Made by a program: the position numbers and the translations under genes
DNA from: Octopus sinensis
Lineage: Eukaryota
Direction of reading: 5' to 3'
Assembly (NCBI RefSeq): GCF_006345805.1
Contig: NW_021826487.1
Location: 1 to 12,894, forward strand
Length of the DNA: 12,894 nt
Notes under the pieces: generated by a model
What the model was told of the DNA's origin: nothing
What the model saw: the letters and a program-made list of their open reading frames with translations, nothing else
Databases searched by the model: none
Shown here: one piece after another, positions 1 through 9,864 of the stretch
How positions within the stretch are numbered: position 1 is the first letter of the stretch
Layout: the number at the start of each line of letters is the position of its first letter

Positions 1-940
1 ATTGGATCTATTGCAAGATTGTTAACAGTCAAAGCGTTTGTACACGGTATTCTTAGGTCTACGATGATTGTGGTTCGTGTGAAGCAAGAAAGTCTACAGG
101 TAGGCCAAGAAAAACGACCAGAGAGAAGATCGTGCTATGGTAAAGTTGGTTAAAAAGGACAGATTTAAAACTGCTGCTGCTGTTTCTTCTCGGAAAATGA
201 GCATTATATTGAAGAAAACGTTATCTCGAAAAACTTTGTTTGTCGTTTAGTTTGAACATGACCTACAAGCAAGAGCACCTGCAGTGAAGCCACTGATCAG
301 CTCCAAGAATAAAAAGTGTCGTCTTACCTTTGCAACCGAACATGTGTTGTGGTCTCAAGACAAATGGCAAACGGTGCATTTCAGTGATGAATCTAAGTTT
401 ATGTTATTTGGCTCAGATGGGAAAAGGTAAGTTCGTAGAAAAGTAGGTGAAAAATTGTTACCTAAATGCCTTAAGACTAGTGTTAAATTCGGTGGAGGAA
501 GTGTCATGGTTTGGAGAATATCTGGAGATGGTGTGGGCCCTTTGGTGCGATTACATGGAAATTTAAATGCAGGGGTTTATAAACAACTTGTAAAAGATCA
601 TGTCTGGCCTGTGCTGAGAAATTCAACTAAGCGACCACCCATATTCATGCAGGACAATGCCCCATGTCACAAGGCTAAGGTGGTCATGAACTTCCTCAAG
701 GCTGAAAAGGTTATTGTTATGGATTGGCCAGCTCAAAACCCAGATCTCAATCCTATTGAAAATGTGTGGAATATTCTAGGAGAACGTTCGAAAACCAGAA
801 ATCCTAAAACAACTGAGCAATTATGGAATGTCCTTCAGGAAGAATGGATAAGATCACCCAGCAAGAATTGAAAATTAATTTCCTCATGCAGTCGAAGATG
901 TCACAGTGCGATTGAAGCTAAAGGGCTTCACACTAAATAG
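1..940 (+). pseudogene. Tc1 transposase pseudogene (frameshifts, in-frame TAA at 428-430)
   Basis: GRPR motif at 99-110; LQARAPAVKPLIS; first catalytic D in HFSDESKF (377-400); FGGGSVMVW; FMQDNAPCH and WPAQNPDLNPIENVW with 34 residues between D and E (DD34E); C-terminal GLHTK* ending at 940 in a shifted frame. Confidence 0.92.
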
Positions 941-984
941 AAATAATTCCAGTATTCTCTGTCATTTTCAGTTTTTTTTTTCAA

Positions 985-1205
985 CCGTTCTGATCATTTT
1001 GGCCGCCATGGGTTTTGCAGTAAATGACTAAATCATCATAACTTTTGTATTATCCTCTCAAATTTTCACCAAAATCTCAGACAATAACAATTAATATTGT
1101 ATTTATTGTCTGTGAAAATTATAGAATATAAAACAACTTTGATAAAAACTTATACCTACTTTTCTGACGAATACAATGCCGTTCTGAACATTTTGGCCGC
1201 AACTG
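985..1205 (+). repeat. Right terminal inverted repeat of IR/DR type (inner and outer transposase-binding direct repeats)
   Basis: CCGTTCTGATCATTTTGGCCGC (985-1006) and CCGTTCTGAACATTTTGGCCGC (1179-1200), 21/22 identical. The left TIR is not in the window, so TIR status is inferred. Confidence 0.75.
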
Positions 1206-1295
1206 TACATATGTATATGTATACATATATATATATTATGTATATACATACATATATATAAATACATGCATACATACATACATACATATATATAA

Positions 1296-1328
<33 letters not shown>

Positions 1329-1383
1329 TACATACATACATATATATATACATTCATATATATACATACATACATATATATAC

Positions 1384-1431
<48 letters not shown>

Positions 1432-1607
1432 ACATACAAACATATATATACATATATATACATACATACATATATATACATATATATACATACATACATA
1501 TACAATATATATACATACATACATATACATATATCATACAATATACATATATATACATACATACATATATATACATACATACATTATATATTATTATATA
1601 ATATATA
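1206..1607. repeat. Compound (TACA)n/(TA)n microsatellite
   Basis: Direct reading; starts at the TA target site of the Tc1 element. Confidence 0.97.
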
Positions 1608-1925
1608 TACTAAGCAATAAGGGTTCAGCAACGAATTGCCTTACCACATACCGAATTTAGAAATAGCATCAAGGGTATAGCTATTTCTTCTACTAAAAAG
1701 GGAGATCTCAGTAAACAGCAACTGGAAGGCTGACACAAACAGGTAAGAGAGAATGAATTAACCGCAATCTATCAACATTTTTAAAGTTTCCACGGACGTA
1801 CGTTTCGAAATCAAGTTTTAGGAAAGCATAAGAATTAAAATATTAAATATTAAATAATTCTATCTTACCGAAACTTCTTTTCTCTTCAGCGTGGAATACC
1901 ATAATCATAAATGATTATATATTGA
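1608..1925 (-). mobile_element. Putative non-autonomous Penelope-like/retrozyme-type element carrying a hammerhead ribozyme
   Basis: About 320 bp of unique sequence bounded by (TA)n tracts on both sides; contains a canonical type I hammerhead; ends on the minus strand in TATTGCTTAG(TA)n, a motif shared with the 10777-11343 element. Boundaries are approximate. Confidence 0.5.
1788..1896 (-). ncRNA. Type I hammerhead ribozyme with extended (76-nt) helix II
   Basis: Minus strand: UUCCACG (helix I, 1896-1890), CUGAAGA (1889-1883), G...C helix II (1882-1807), GAAAC (1806-1802), GUAC palindromic loop, GUC^ (1797-1795), CGUGGAA (perfect 7-bp helix I partner, 1794-1788). Confidence 0.87.
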
Positions 1926-1929
1926 ATTT

Positions 1930-1962
<33 letters not shown>

Positions 1963-1965
1963 ATA
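1930..1965. repeat. (TA)n microsatellite
   Basis: Direct reading. Confidence 0.95.
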
Positions 1966-2305
1966 AACAACAAATACTATACATTCTATGTAAACAAACA
2001 AGTATGTTTTCGAAAAGTTGAAGTGTATTGTAAAACAAGTAGAAAGATAAATTTTATTCAACTGAACAGTATTGCTTTTTTTTTTAAGTATTCTATCCTT
2101 CTATTTATACTGTACAGTACTTACGCGTTGAATAATATTTATCTTTCTACTTGTTCAACAAATAATATGTACGAAGAAATCATATCGTTTTTTAGATCAC
2201 AGCTTATAAATCCAACAATTGTTTCAATTGCATTAACATGTACATATATTTCGTTTTGGGATTTGGTTTGCCAGATTCTTTATATGAGTTCGTGTGTTGA
2301 AGCAT

Positions 2306-2412
2306 ATTCTGTTGTGTCTGGAGAGAGTCATTTTCCTTTTGTGCCTTATAATGTGAGTGAGTTACATTATAAGGCACAAAAAGAAAATGACTCTCCCCAG
2401 ACACAACAGAAT
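2306..2412. mobile_element. Palindromic MITE-like foldback element (TTGTGTCTGGRGAGAGTCATT family), copy 1
   Basis: 51-bp arms (2306-2356 / 2362-2412) with two mismatches and one G-T, 5-nt loop GTGAG; same terminal motif as the element at 5820-5991. Confidence 0.75.
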
Positions 2413-2477
2413 GTACATATACCTATATACATATGTATCTAATTGCTGGAAATTTAACTTTATTCCTTTATACTGAA

Positions 2478-2505
2478 CTAGCAGAATTGCCCGGCGATGC
2501 TCGGG
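2478..2505 (-). other. Helitron 3' terminal hairpin + CTAG
   Basis: Minus strand CCCGAGCATCGCCGGG (2505-2490), CAATTCTG, CTAG (2481-2478), followed by host T (2477), matching the CTRR-3'/T rule. Confidence 0.85.
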
Positions 2506-2582
2506 GCTGAATTGTTTGAAAGTACTGTTAATGATTGCACTGAATTATGATGATTATTCAGGCAAACATTGATATAAGTTTA

Positions 2583-3790
2583 CGGTGGGAGATAAGGACT
2601 TAACGATCAAACGTGTGCCATTGCATTGTTTGGGGGAACCAAATTTCTAATGAGCATTATAGGGGCACCAACTTTAAGTTTGAGAATGTGTGGTGGTAGT
2701 CCTGGAGGCTCAAAGGAATTGAGTACCTCTATTGGATAGTTGATGACGTCCTCTGGGTCAGGAGTTGTATCGATAGACTTATATACATAGATATCCCCAG
2801 GAATGAGGTTTAGCATTTCATCATTAATATGGTGAACAGTTTTATTCCTCGGGGCCAGAATAGCCCTTTGGACAATCCAATCCATATTCTGATAATTAGC
2901 TTGTAGATCTGGGAACACTGCATCTCTGAGATCAGAAGGCGTTTTTTAACAATGGTACAAATGGAATCGATGGCAATATTACATTTTCATCCCCTGGTAT
3001 TTTGCCTTCACCAAGTGCAATGAGTGTGTGAGAAAATGCTGCTGATGTGATATCACGTCGCATATGAGCACGCATATGGTGTGAAGTTTGAGAGTCTTCA
3101 CCAGTGGCCACAATGTGGATGACTTAAGACACGCACCTTACTGCATCAGTTCTAGTCCCTTTGGGAATAACGGGAAGGGTTTGTCGGAAATCCCCTGAAA
3201 GAAGAAGTTGTTATCCCTCCATGGGAGCTGACGAGTGTTTGATGTCTCTGTGAGAGATTTATCTAGGCCTCAAGAGCACCTTGTGGCCATCGTGCATTCA
3301 TCCCAAACGATAAGCTTGCATCGTCTGAAGACTTCTGCCTGATCGGAGCTGTTACTGAGTTTGCAAGTTGGTGTCTCAGTCTTCGCTAAGTCAAGCGGAA
3401 GCTTGAAAGTGGAGTGACTGTCCTGCCGCCTGGCAACAAAGTAGCCGCAATTCCAGATGATGCCACAGCTAGGGCAATGCCTTGTGTCGCCTAATCTCAG
3501 CCAATATTATTTGTTGAGAAAAGTTTTCCAGTGCCCCCGGAGCGTCAGGAAAAATATCCCCACAGCTTTGGCCCGGACTGAATTAACAACGGAGTTGTAA
3601 GCGAACTTCTGTTCTGGAAGGAGCTTTGGCTCATTGTCGGCTATGTAATCGGCAAGCTCGTCAACATTAAAATATGTCTCACGCAGCAAATGTGAAGACA
3701 GAGTGTTTGTGCCTTCCCGGTTTGTTGAAGGTAAGCCATAGACCGCAATGCACTACCGCCCATATCAAGTACAGTATCTTCGAACGTAGT
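2583..3790 (-). pseudogene. Helitron RepHel Pif1-family helicase fragment, multiply frameshifted
   Basis: Reconstructed across frameshifts: YGLP..LLRETY; Walker A DAPG(G)TGKTF (3522-3546); AVASSGIAATLLPGGRT-HSTFKLP; Walker B IVWDEC (WDEC at 3294-3305); GDFRQTLPV (~3169-3194); RAILAPRN; NSFEPPGLPPHILKLKVGAPIMLIRNL; CNGTRL. Motifs V/VI are not visible. Confidence 0.92.
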
Positions 3791-3818
3791 TTATTACCAC
3801 ACAGGCCTCACCTGCCCC

Positions 3819-3943
3819 TATATATATGTTGTGGTGTGTGTGTGTGTGTGTGGTATGGGTAGATATATTATGCATGTATATGTGTATATATATATATGTA
3901 CATATACATGTACATCTATATATATATATATACATCTACACAT
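3819..3943. repeat. Compound (TA)n/(GT)n/(TACA)n microsatellite
   Basis: Direct reading; helicase homology ends at this tract. Confidence 0.93.
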
Positions 3944-5190
3944 AAAATACAAAATAGAAAGTTATATCTTGATATCGCTAGTGATAACAATACTCAAAAT
4001 ATATAAGAGACTGGAATTGTAGGCTCGTCTCTTGCAATTTCGATCAATTGGATCTTGTCCTCCCTCTTGATAGAAGTGTACGGCTGCAGCGAAATTCATT
4101 TTTGACTTTCTTCTATCGAAGGCATTTTAACAAAAATGCTTCCGTAAAGACGGTGAAAATATTGTCAATGTCCCCAAACAGGGACACAATTCAATTTTAA
4201 AAATAACCAAAGCCCTTCTCCGACGAAAGGGGAGGGTTACGGTTTACAATTATTAACAAATGCAACACAACAACGTTTCCTGATGAGGAACCAACAAACG
4301 TGATTACATAGTCAAACAGTAATAATAATAACAACAAACCTTTTTAATGTATCCCCATTTATGTGAAACCACTTATTCAAGTTCAAGTCATTGATGCAAT
4401 TTTATACGAATTGCAATACACACACACATAATAAGAATGAAAAATTGAATATTAATTTGATAATATGAATTGAAAAACGTGGTGTAGCATATAAGACCAT
4501 AGCGGATCTTCTTCTAGCAAAAAGGATGACCAGTATTAATTGCTCACCCTATTATATAAATACTTTCACTTTAATTGTTGCACACTTGCAAAGAGAAAGG
4601 AGGAGAACGTGCAGTGGTAATGGTAGGAGTGAAGCACTTGAAATGAAAGAGGGAAATCGTAAAATATTGAGTTTTCTCGAATTTTTGCTTAATTGGGGGT
4701 GAAATTGAAAAAACTTTACATGCCATGACCCAATGGAATCTACTTGGAAAAATGATAGGTAAATTTCAATTGAAGAAATTCTATATTGTAGAATTGTATA
4801 AAAAACGAACGGTTTGGGAGGCAGAGAAAATCTGCCTTTTATCATAAGAGATGCTTAACTGATATCTGCCAGGATTTTTAAATACCATTTATGTGTGTGT
4901 GTGTGTAAGGTATATGTTTCTTCTATTTCATTTATTTCTCCCGCATTTAAGCCATGGCTGCTGCCATGCTGGAGTGCCACCTTGATTTTTGTTATCTTTC
5001 GAACGGTCCCTTTATCGGGATGATTTCTTCTCATATCCTCATTGCTGCATGTGATTTTTACGTGTTTATCTTTTGTACAAGAGGAAGTTTAACACCATCG
5101 CCTTCGGGACGTTGATTCGTCTTGTATTTTGGATAAGAGAATGTCTAAGACAACCACATCCGCATTGTGTGGGTATCAATTCTTTTGGCA

Positions 5191-5395
5191 TTAGCAGAAA
5201 CGTTAGCACGCCGGGCAAAATGGTTATCGGCATTTCGTCTGCCGTTACGTTCTGAGTTCAAATTCCGCCGAGGTCGACTTTGCCTTTCATCCTTTCGGGG
5301 TCGATAAATTAAGTTCCAGTTGCGTACAGGAGTCGTAATAGATTTAAACTCTAACTCCGAAATATCTGGCTTCGTGCCAAATTTGAAATCAATTC
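5191..5395 (+). mobile_element. tRNA-derived SINE, family 1, monomer with tail A
   Basis: A-box-like TAGCAGAAACG (5192-5202), B-box GAGTTCAAATTCC (5254-5266), body GTCGACTTTGCCTTTCATCCTTTCGGGGTCGATAAATTAAG homologous to three copies at 12010-12649. Confidence 0.85.
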
Positions 5396-5408
5396 ATATT
5401 ATATTATC

Positions 5409-5772
5409 TTTTTATTCTTTTATTTCTTTCAGTCATTTGACTGTAGCCATGCTGGAGCACCGCCTTTGTAAGCCTAGAACTTATTCTATAGGTTCTTTTG
5501 CCGAACCGGTAGATTACGGGGACGTAAACACCAACATCGGTTGTCAAGTAATAGTGAGGGAACAACACAGACACACACAAACATACACACCACACTAATA
5601 TTATATATATATATACGACAGGTTTCTTCAGTTTCCGCCTACCGAATCCACCCACAAGACTTTGGTCGGCCCGAGGATAGTAGAGGACATTTGCTCAAGG
5701 TACGATGCAGTGTGGGGCTGATGTGGAACCATGGTTTGGTAGGCAAGCTACTTACCACACAACCACTCTTGC

Positions 5773-5773
<1 letters not shown>
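5409..5773 (-). mobile_element. tRNA-derived SINE, family 2 (CORE-like CCTTGRGCAA motif, internal microsatellite)
   Basis: Minus strand head TGGTTGTGTGGTAAGTAGCTTGC..., ACCTTGAGCAAATGT, GGAAACTGAAG, internal (TA)/(TG), tail GCGGTGCTCCAGCATGGCTACAGTCAAATGACTGAAA; homologous to 6803-7286 and 8039-8144. Confidence 0.82.
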
Positions 5774-5814
<41 letters not shown>

Positions 5815-5819
5815 TATAA
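5774..5819. repeat. (TA)n microsatellite
   Basis: Direct reading. Confidence 0.95.
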
Positions 5820-5991
5820 TTGTGTCTGGGGAGAGTCATTCACTTTTAGTGCCATAGTATTTAACACACTCACCGTTCGATTGCTATTCATCTATTTTTT
5901 CTAGAAAAATATATAAGTAAATGAGTGGAAATCGAACCGATGAGTGTGTTTTAAAAACTATGGCACTAAAGTGAATGACTCTCCCAGACAA
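5820..5991. mobile_element. Palindromic MITE-like foldback element (same family as 2306-2412), copy 2
   Basis: TTGTGTCTGGGGAGAGTCATTCACTTTTAGTGCCATAGT... pairs with ...ACTATGGCACTAAAGTGAATGACTCTCCCAGACAA; imperfect palindrome centred on CTAG 5901-5904; flanked by TAA on both sides. Confidence 0.78.
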
Positions 5992-6052
5992 TAAAATATG
6001 TTTCAACACACAAAATTCACACAAAGAATCTTGCAAACTAAATACAAAAAAT

Positions 6053-6119
6053 GTGTGTGTGTGCGTGTGTATGTGTGTGCGTGTGTTGTGTTGTGTGGTG
6101 TGAGTGTGTGTGTGTGTGG
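6053..6119. repeat. (GT)n microsatellite
   Basis: Direct reading. Confidence 0.9.
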
Positions 6120-6802
6120 CGTATTAATTTATAAGAAATATGTAATAGAAACTTTTTCGCAACTAGCTTTTCTTTCCATCATTGGTGGCACCAGACACGT
6201 ACACACACTCCCCGCGCGCGTATCCACATACATACCTACACTCACTCTTTCTCTCTCTCTCACACACACACACACACGTACTTAATAAACATCACACTGA
6301 CTTTCTTTTCACTTTCTATACGGCTTCTTGCACAGAAATACTATTACATTGTTCATAATCAATCGGTTGATTTCAAAGGCAATAAAACAGGTATTTCAAT
6401 AACGTCTACAACAAAATGTATATTCGTAAAAGAAGTTTTAGCATTCATTTGTTGTTGTTCTTGGGCTTCATACGCTCTCTTTATTTATATGTTGTGGGCG
6501 TGTGTGTAAGTTTTTGTGGGTATTTTCGAGTCATATTTCTGATCATATTTCCTATATAAATACAAACTTGTTACAAGTTTAAATATGCTTGAGGCATATT
6601 CGAACCCGGAAGAAAGTCACCCACTGTGCTTTGCCATAGAGAAAATTTCTTGATGTAGACAGAAAGGTAAAAACACCGAGTCAGTTTGCATTGCCCCTCC
6701 CACCAACCAGAATTTTTGGATGCATGCATTTCGGAATGGTTTTCTCCTCCTCAGCAGCAGAAACCGGAAATGTAGGCGTAAACGTAAATGTTTCCTGTGA
6801 TA

Positions 6803-7286
6803 TAGACATGATTATGTGGTTAAGAATCTCGCTTTAGCAACCATGTGGTCTCAGGTTCAGTACCACTGCGCGGTAGCTTGATTGAGTGGCCTCTACTGAA
6901 GTCTCAGCCCGGCCAATGCCTTGCGAGTAAATTTAGTAGACAGAAACTGCGTTGAAGCCCCTTCTACATACGCGTGAGTGTATGTGTACGTGCACGTGTG
7001 TGCATATGCATGTATATATATATATGTGTGTGTGTGTGTATGTGTGTGTGTGTGTGTGTGTGTGGGTGTGTCTGTCTGTATGTCTGTCTGTCTGTCTGTT
7101 TTTCTCCTCACCTCACCGCTTGGCAACGGTTTTGGTGTGTTCCGAACATATAAGTAGTGGTTCGGCAAAAGAGACCGACAGAATAAGTACCAGACATAAA
7201 TACTGGGATTGGTTTCTTCGATTAAGAGCCCTCCAAGCGGGCCCCAACATGGCCGCATCCAAAGACTGAAACAAATAAAGATGAAA
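6803..7286 (+). mobile_element. tRNA-derived SINE, family 2, diverged copy with expanded internal (TG)n/(TCTG)n
   Basis: Head TGATTATGTGGTTAAG...GGTTCAGTACCACTGCG, GTAGACAGAAACTG, GGTTCGGCAAAAGAGACCGACAGAATAAGTAC, CATGGCCGCATCCAAAGACTGAAACA; colinear with the reverse complement of 5409-5773. Confidence 0.78.
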
Positions 7287-7562
7287 GTATGATTAACCAA
7301 CTGCATTTCAAATGAAATACTTCAGTCAACTGAATGTAATTTGTGAACAAATCCCTGCACCTGCATACACCACACACACACACATACACACAAGACTACC
7401 CGTTGGGTCACCAATAATTCAAGGTACCGGGAAAGTCTGAGTTTCTCAGGAACGGAGTTTTGTTTCGTGGGTGTTGTTATTCTTTTCCAGGTTATGTCGC
7501 ATGCTTTCGACGAATGTGATTTCGAAATCACGCGTATACGACTCCTTTCACCAGAAAAGGAA

Positions 7563-7677
7563 AGATTTGGCTGCTATTTCATGCACGCCCTGCTACCACG
7601 AAACGGGCATTTGGGATCCTTTATCGCAAATAGCTGTTACGTGGTGGAAGGGTGTGCTAGAAATAGCAGCCAAATCT
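7563..7677. repeat. Foldback inverted repeat (possible MITE)
   Basis: Perfect 18-bp arms AGATTTGGCTGCTATTTC (7563-7580) / GAAATAGCAGCCAAATCT (7660-7677), with further internal pairing. Confidence 0.7.
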
Positions 7678-7952
7678 ATGGAGGTGAGATACGTTGAATG
7701 CACCCGAAAGAAACCTATGGAAAAAAATATTTCACACCGAGGTTACGGGTCTTTTACGAAATATTTACTGTATTTTCTAAGCATTTTCACTTACGAATAT
7801 TTCCCCATCATAATGTGCCTACTGTAAAGGTCAGAATTTCTTCCCTTTCAGGGTTAAGTTTAGTTATTTCGGAGTATTTTCCCACCGCTGTGGGTTGTGT
7901 AAACATTGCAAGCAGGCAGGCAAGCAAGAAAGATTGACGTTCATTTTTAATG

Positions 7953-7959
7953 TATTATA

Positions 7960-7990
<31 letters not shown>

Positions 7991-8020
7991 ATATATTATA
8001 TTATAATATATTATATATAT
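7953..8020. repeat. (TA)n microsatellite
   Basis: Direct reading. Confidence 0.93.
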
Positions 8021-8038
8021 ACATCTGTATGTATACAT

Positions 8039-8144
8039 ACGAGGCTTCTCTCAGTTTCCGTCTACGAAATCCACGCAGTGTGACTGAATCTGGAACCATG
8101 TGATTGGAGAACAAACTTCTTTTCACACATCAACGCCTGCACCT
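8039..8144 (-). mobile_element. SINE family 2, 5' fragment with internal deletion
   Basis: Minus strand AGGTGCAGGCGTTGATGTGTG...CATGGTTCCAGATTCAGTCACACTGCGTGG joined directly to ATTTCGTAGACGGAAACTGAGAGAAGCC. Confidence 0.75.
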
Positions 8145-8370
8145 AATGTTGAGTAAATCATTGTTTCATATAGAGTAAAATAGTTTGATCGAGCCGCAGG
8201 TTTTCCTCTGTTCTTTTTTTTCTTTTGCCAATGGTTGGTCAAGTATTTCCTCACCAATTTCTTGTAATCAAAACCAGATGACTGAGACCAGCTGTTTGGA
8301 CTCTGATAAATTGCTTCGGCTGGTTAGACATTCAGTCTTGTGATAGTAATTTTTTGCACTGGAGGCAAAT

Positions 8371-8426
8371 GCGCGCGCACACACTCACACACACATGCAC
8401 GCACACACGCGCGCACAGACACACAC
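8371..8426. repeat. (CG)n/(CA)n microsatellite
   Basis: Direct reading. Confidence 0.88.
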
Positions 8427-8458
8427 TCCCTTATATTTCAGTCAGAACCCAATACCTC

Positions 8459-8931
8459 ATCTATCTATCTATCTATTCATCAATTTATCTATCTATCTGT
8501 CTGTCTGTCTGTCTATCTATCTCTTCATTCATCCATCCATCTATCTATCTATCTAGCCATCTATCTGTCTATCTATCTCTCCATCCGTCCATCCATCTGT
8601 CTATCTATCTATCTATCTGTCTGTCTGTCTATCTATCTCTCCATCCCTCCATCTATCTATCTGTCTGTCTGTCTCTCTATCCATCCATCCATCCATCTGT
8701 CTATCTATCTATCTATCAGTCGAAAACCTACTCGCCTTATTTTTTTCTCCCCAAAAAGAAAAGCTATGCCTTGTAATTTGTCCCGTCTGTGTGGCCCTGT
8801 GTGGCTAATAAAGAAACATATCTGTCTGTCTATCTATCTATCTATCTATCTATCGTCTGTCTGTCTATCTATCTATCTCTCCACCTATCTATCTATCTAC
8901 CTACCGGCCTGCCTACTTCCTACCTATCTAT
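8459..8931. repeat. Compound (TCTA)n/(TCCA)n/(TCTG)n tetranucleotide microsatellite with a ~100-bp interruption
   Basis: Direct reading; non-repetitive insert at about 8719-8818. Confidence 0.93.
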
Positions 8932-9400
8932 ATTATTATCGGTAAGAGAATTTTATTAAAAACGCCTAAATCTTCAAGAGGCCAAAACAAGAATCCTTCT
9001 TAAGACTGTTTCACGGTGGTGTAAGTAATCCACATCGTTGCGGCGAATGCTCAGCTCTAATCAAAGACGATCATAATTATTGAAGAACGCATCTACAATT
9101 ACCGATACGTCAGCTATGTTTAATAAGTTCCATGTTGCAGCGCAGAGTTAAATGAAATCGCATGAAAACTGTCTCGCGAAATTAATACATATATTATTGA
9201 TGGAGTAGATGCATTATGTGAGGTGATCCTTTATATGAAGTGCGATAATAAAATCATATTTTAAAACGGATATGCTTGCACTTAGAGAGAGAGAGAGAGA
9301 GAGACATAAGTGCATACACATGAACGACATCAATATCAACAAAATGTCGTCGTCAGCATATATACATGTACGTACACAAATATTCACAACGTAGCCAAAA

Positions 9401-9410
9401 TCTATCTGTG

Positions 9411-9461
<51 letters not shown>

Positions 9462-9533
9462 GTCTGTCTATCGTCTACCAACACACACACACATATATCT
9501 ATATCTATCTATATATATATATATATATATATA
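9401..9533. repeat. (TCTA)n-(CA)n-(TA)n compound microsatellite
   Basis: Direct reading. Confidence 0.93.
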
Positions 9534-9824
9534 CGTAATCATAGACAATCCTGTGCGCACTCTATGCACATGCATACTGAAACTTAATATATGCATTAAA
9601 TATGCCAAGATACACATGATAAATCTATTAACTTCTTCTACATCTTTATCCTTGCATAGAAGGTATAAGGTGTGTCTGTGTGCGTGTGTGTATGTGTGAA
9701 TCTTTTATAGATTGCCGCAGACATGCGTCGATCTAAATAAATATTCTCTAAAACACATGTACATATATACAGACATAATATACGCATTATACGTACATTC
9801 ACACTCAAATATAAAACACAAACT

Positions 9825-9827
<3 letters not shown>

Positions 9828-9864
<37 letters not shown>

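Larger units (their letters stand above)
1..1205 (+). mobile_element. Tc1-like (DD34E) DNA transposon remnant, left end outside window
   Basis: Degenerate transposase followed by a right terminus ending ...TTTTGGCCGCAACTG|TA (reverse complement TA|CAGTTGCGGCC, a Tc1-type CAGT terminus with TA target site at 1206-1207). Confidence 0.93.
2478..3815 (-). mobile_element. Helitron remnant (5'-truncated, internally deleted) with intact 3' terminus
   Basis: Pif1-like helicase motifs on the minus strand plus a canonical 3' end: hairpin CCCGAGCATCGCCGGG, 8-nt spacer, CTAG|T. Confidence 0.92.

Noticed and set aside
1740-1890. Splice-like signals CAG|GTAAGA (1743) and TTCTTTTCTCTTCAG (ending 1889)
   Set aside because: No coherent exon ORF; the apparent acceptor is the reverse complement of the hammerhead core and helix II.
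3965-4100. Short minus-strand ORF MNFAAAVHFYQEGGQDPIDRNCKRRAYNSS...
   Set aside because: About 45 aa with no recognisable family or splice support; within chance expectation.
4213-4236. GC-rich hairpin resembling an intrinsic terminator
   Set aside because: No U tract, eukaryotic context and no associated gene.
4273-4301. CTGATGAG...CAAACGTG hammerhead-like string on the plus strand
   Set aside because: G12 is missing (CAAAC), position 17 would be G, and helix I cannot form.
5191-5270. tRNA-like A/B boxes (also in the other SINE heads)
   Set aside because: No complete cloverleaf; these are SINE heads, not tRNA genes.
6600-6800. ETS-like CCGGAA motifs suggesting a promoter
   Set aside because: Short motifs with no transcription start or gene in view; cannot be supported.
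9322-9356. Minus-strand CTGACGA followed by a 6-bp stem
   Set aside because: The stem is followed by TTCA rather than GAAA, so there is no hammerhead core.
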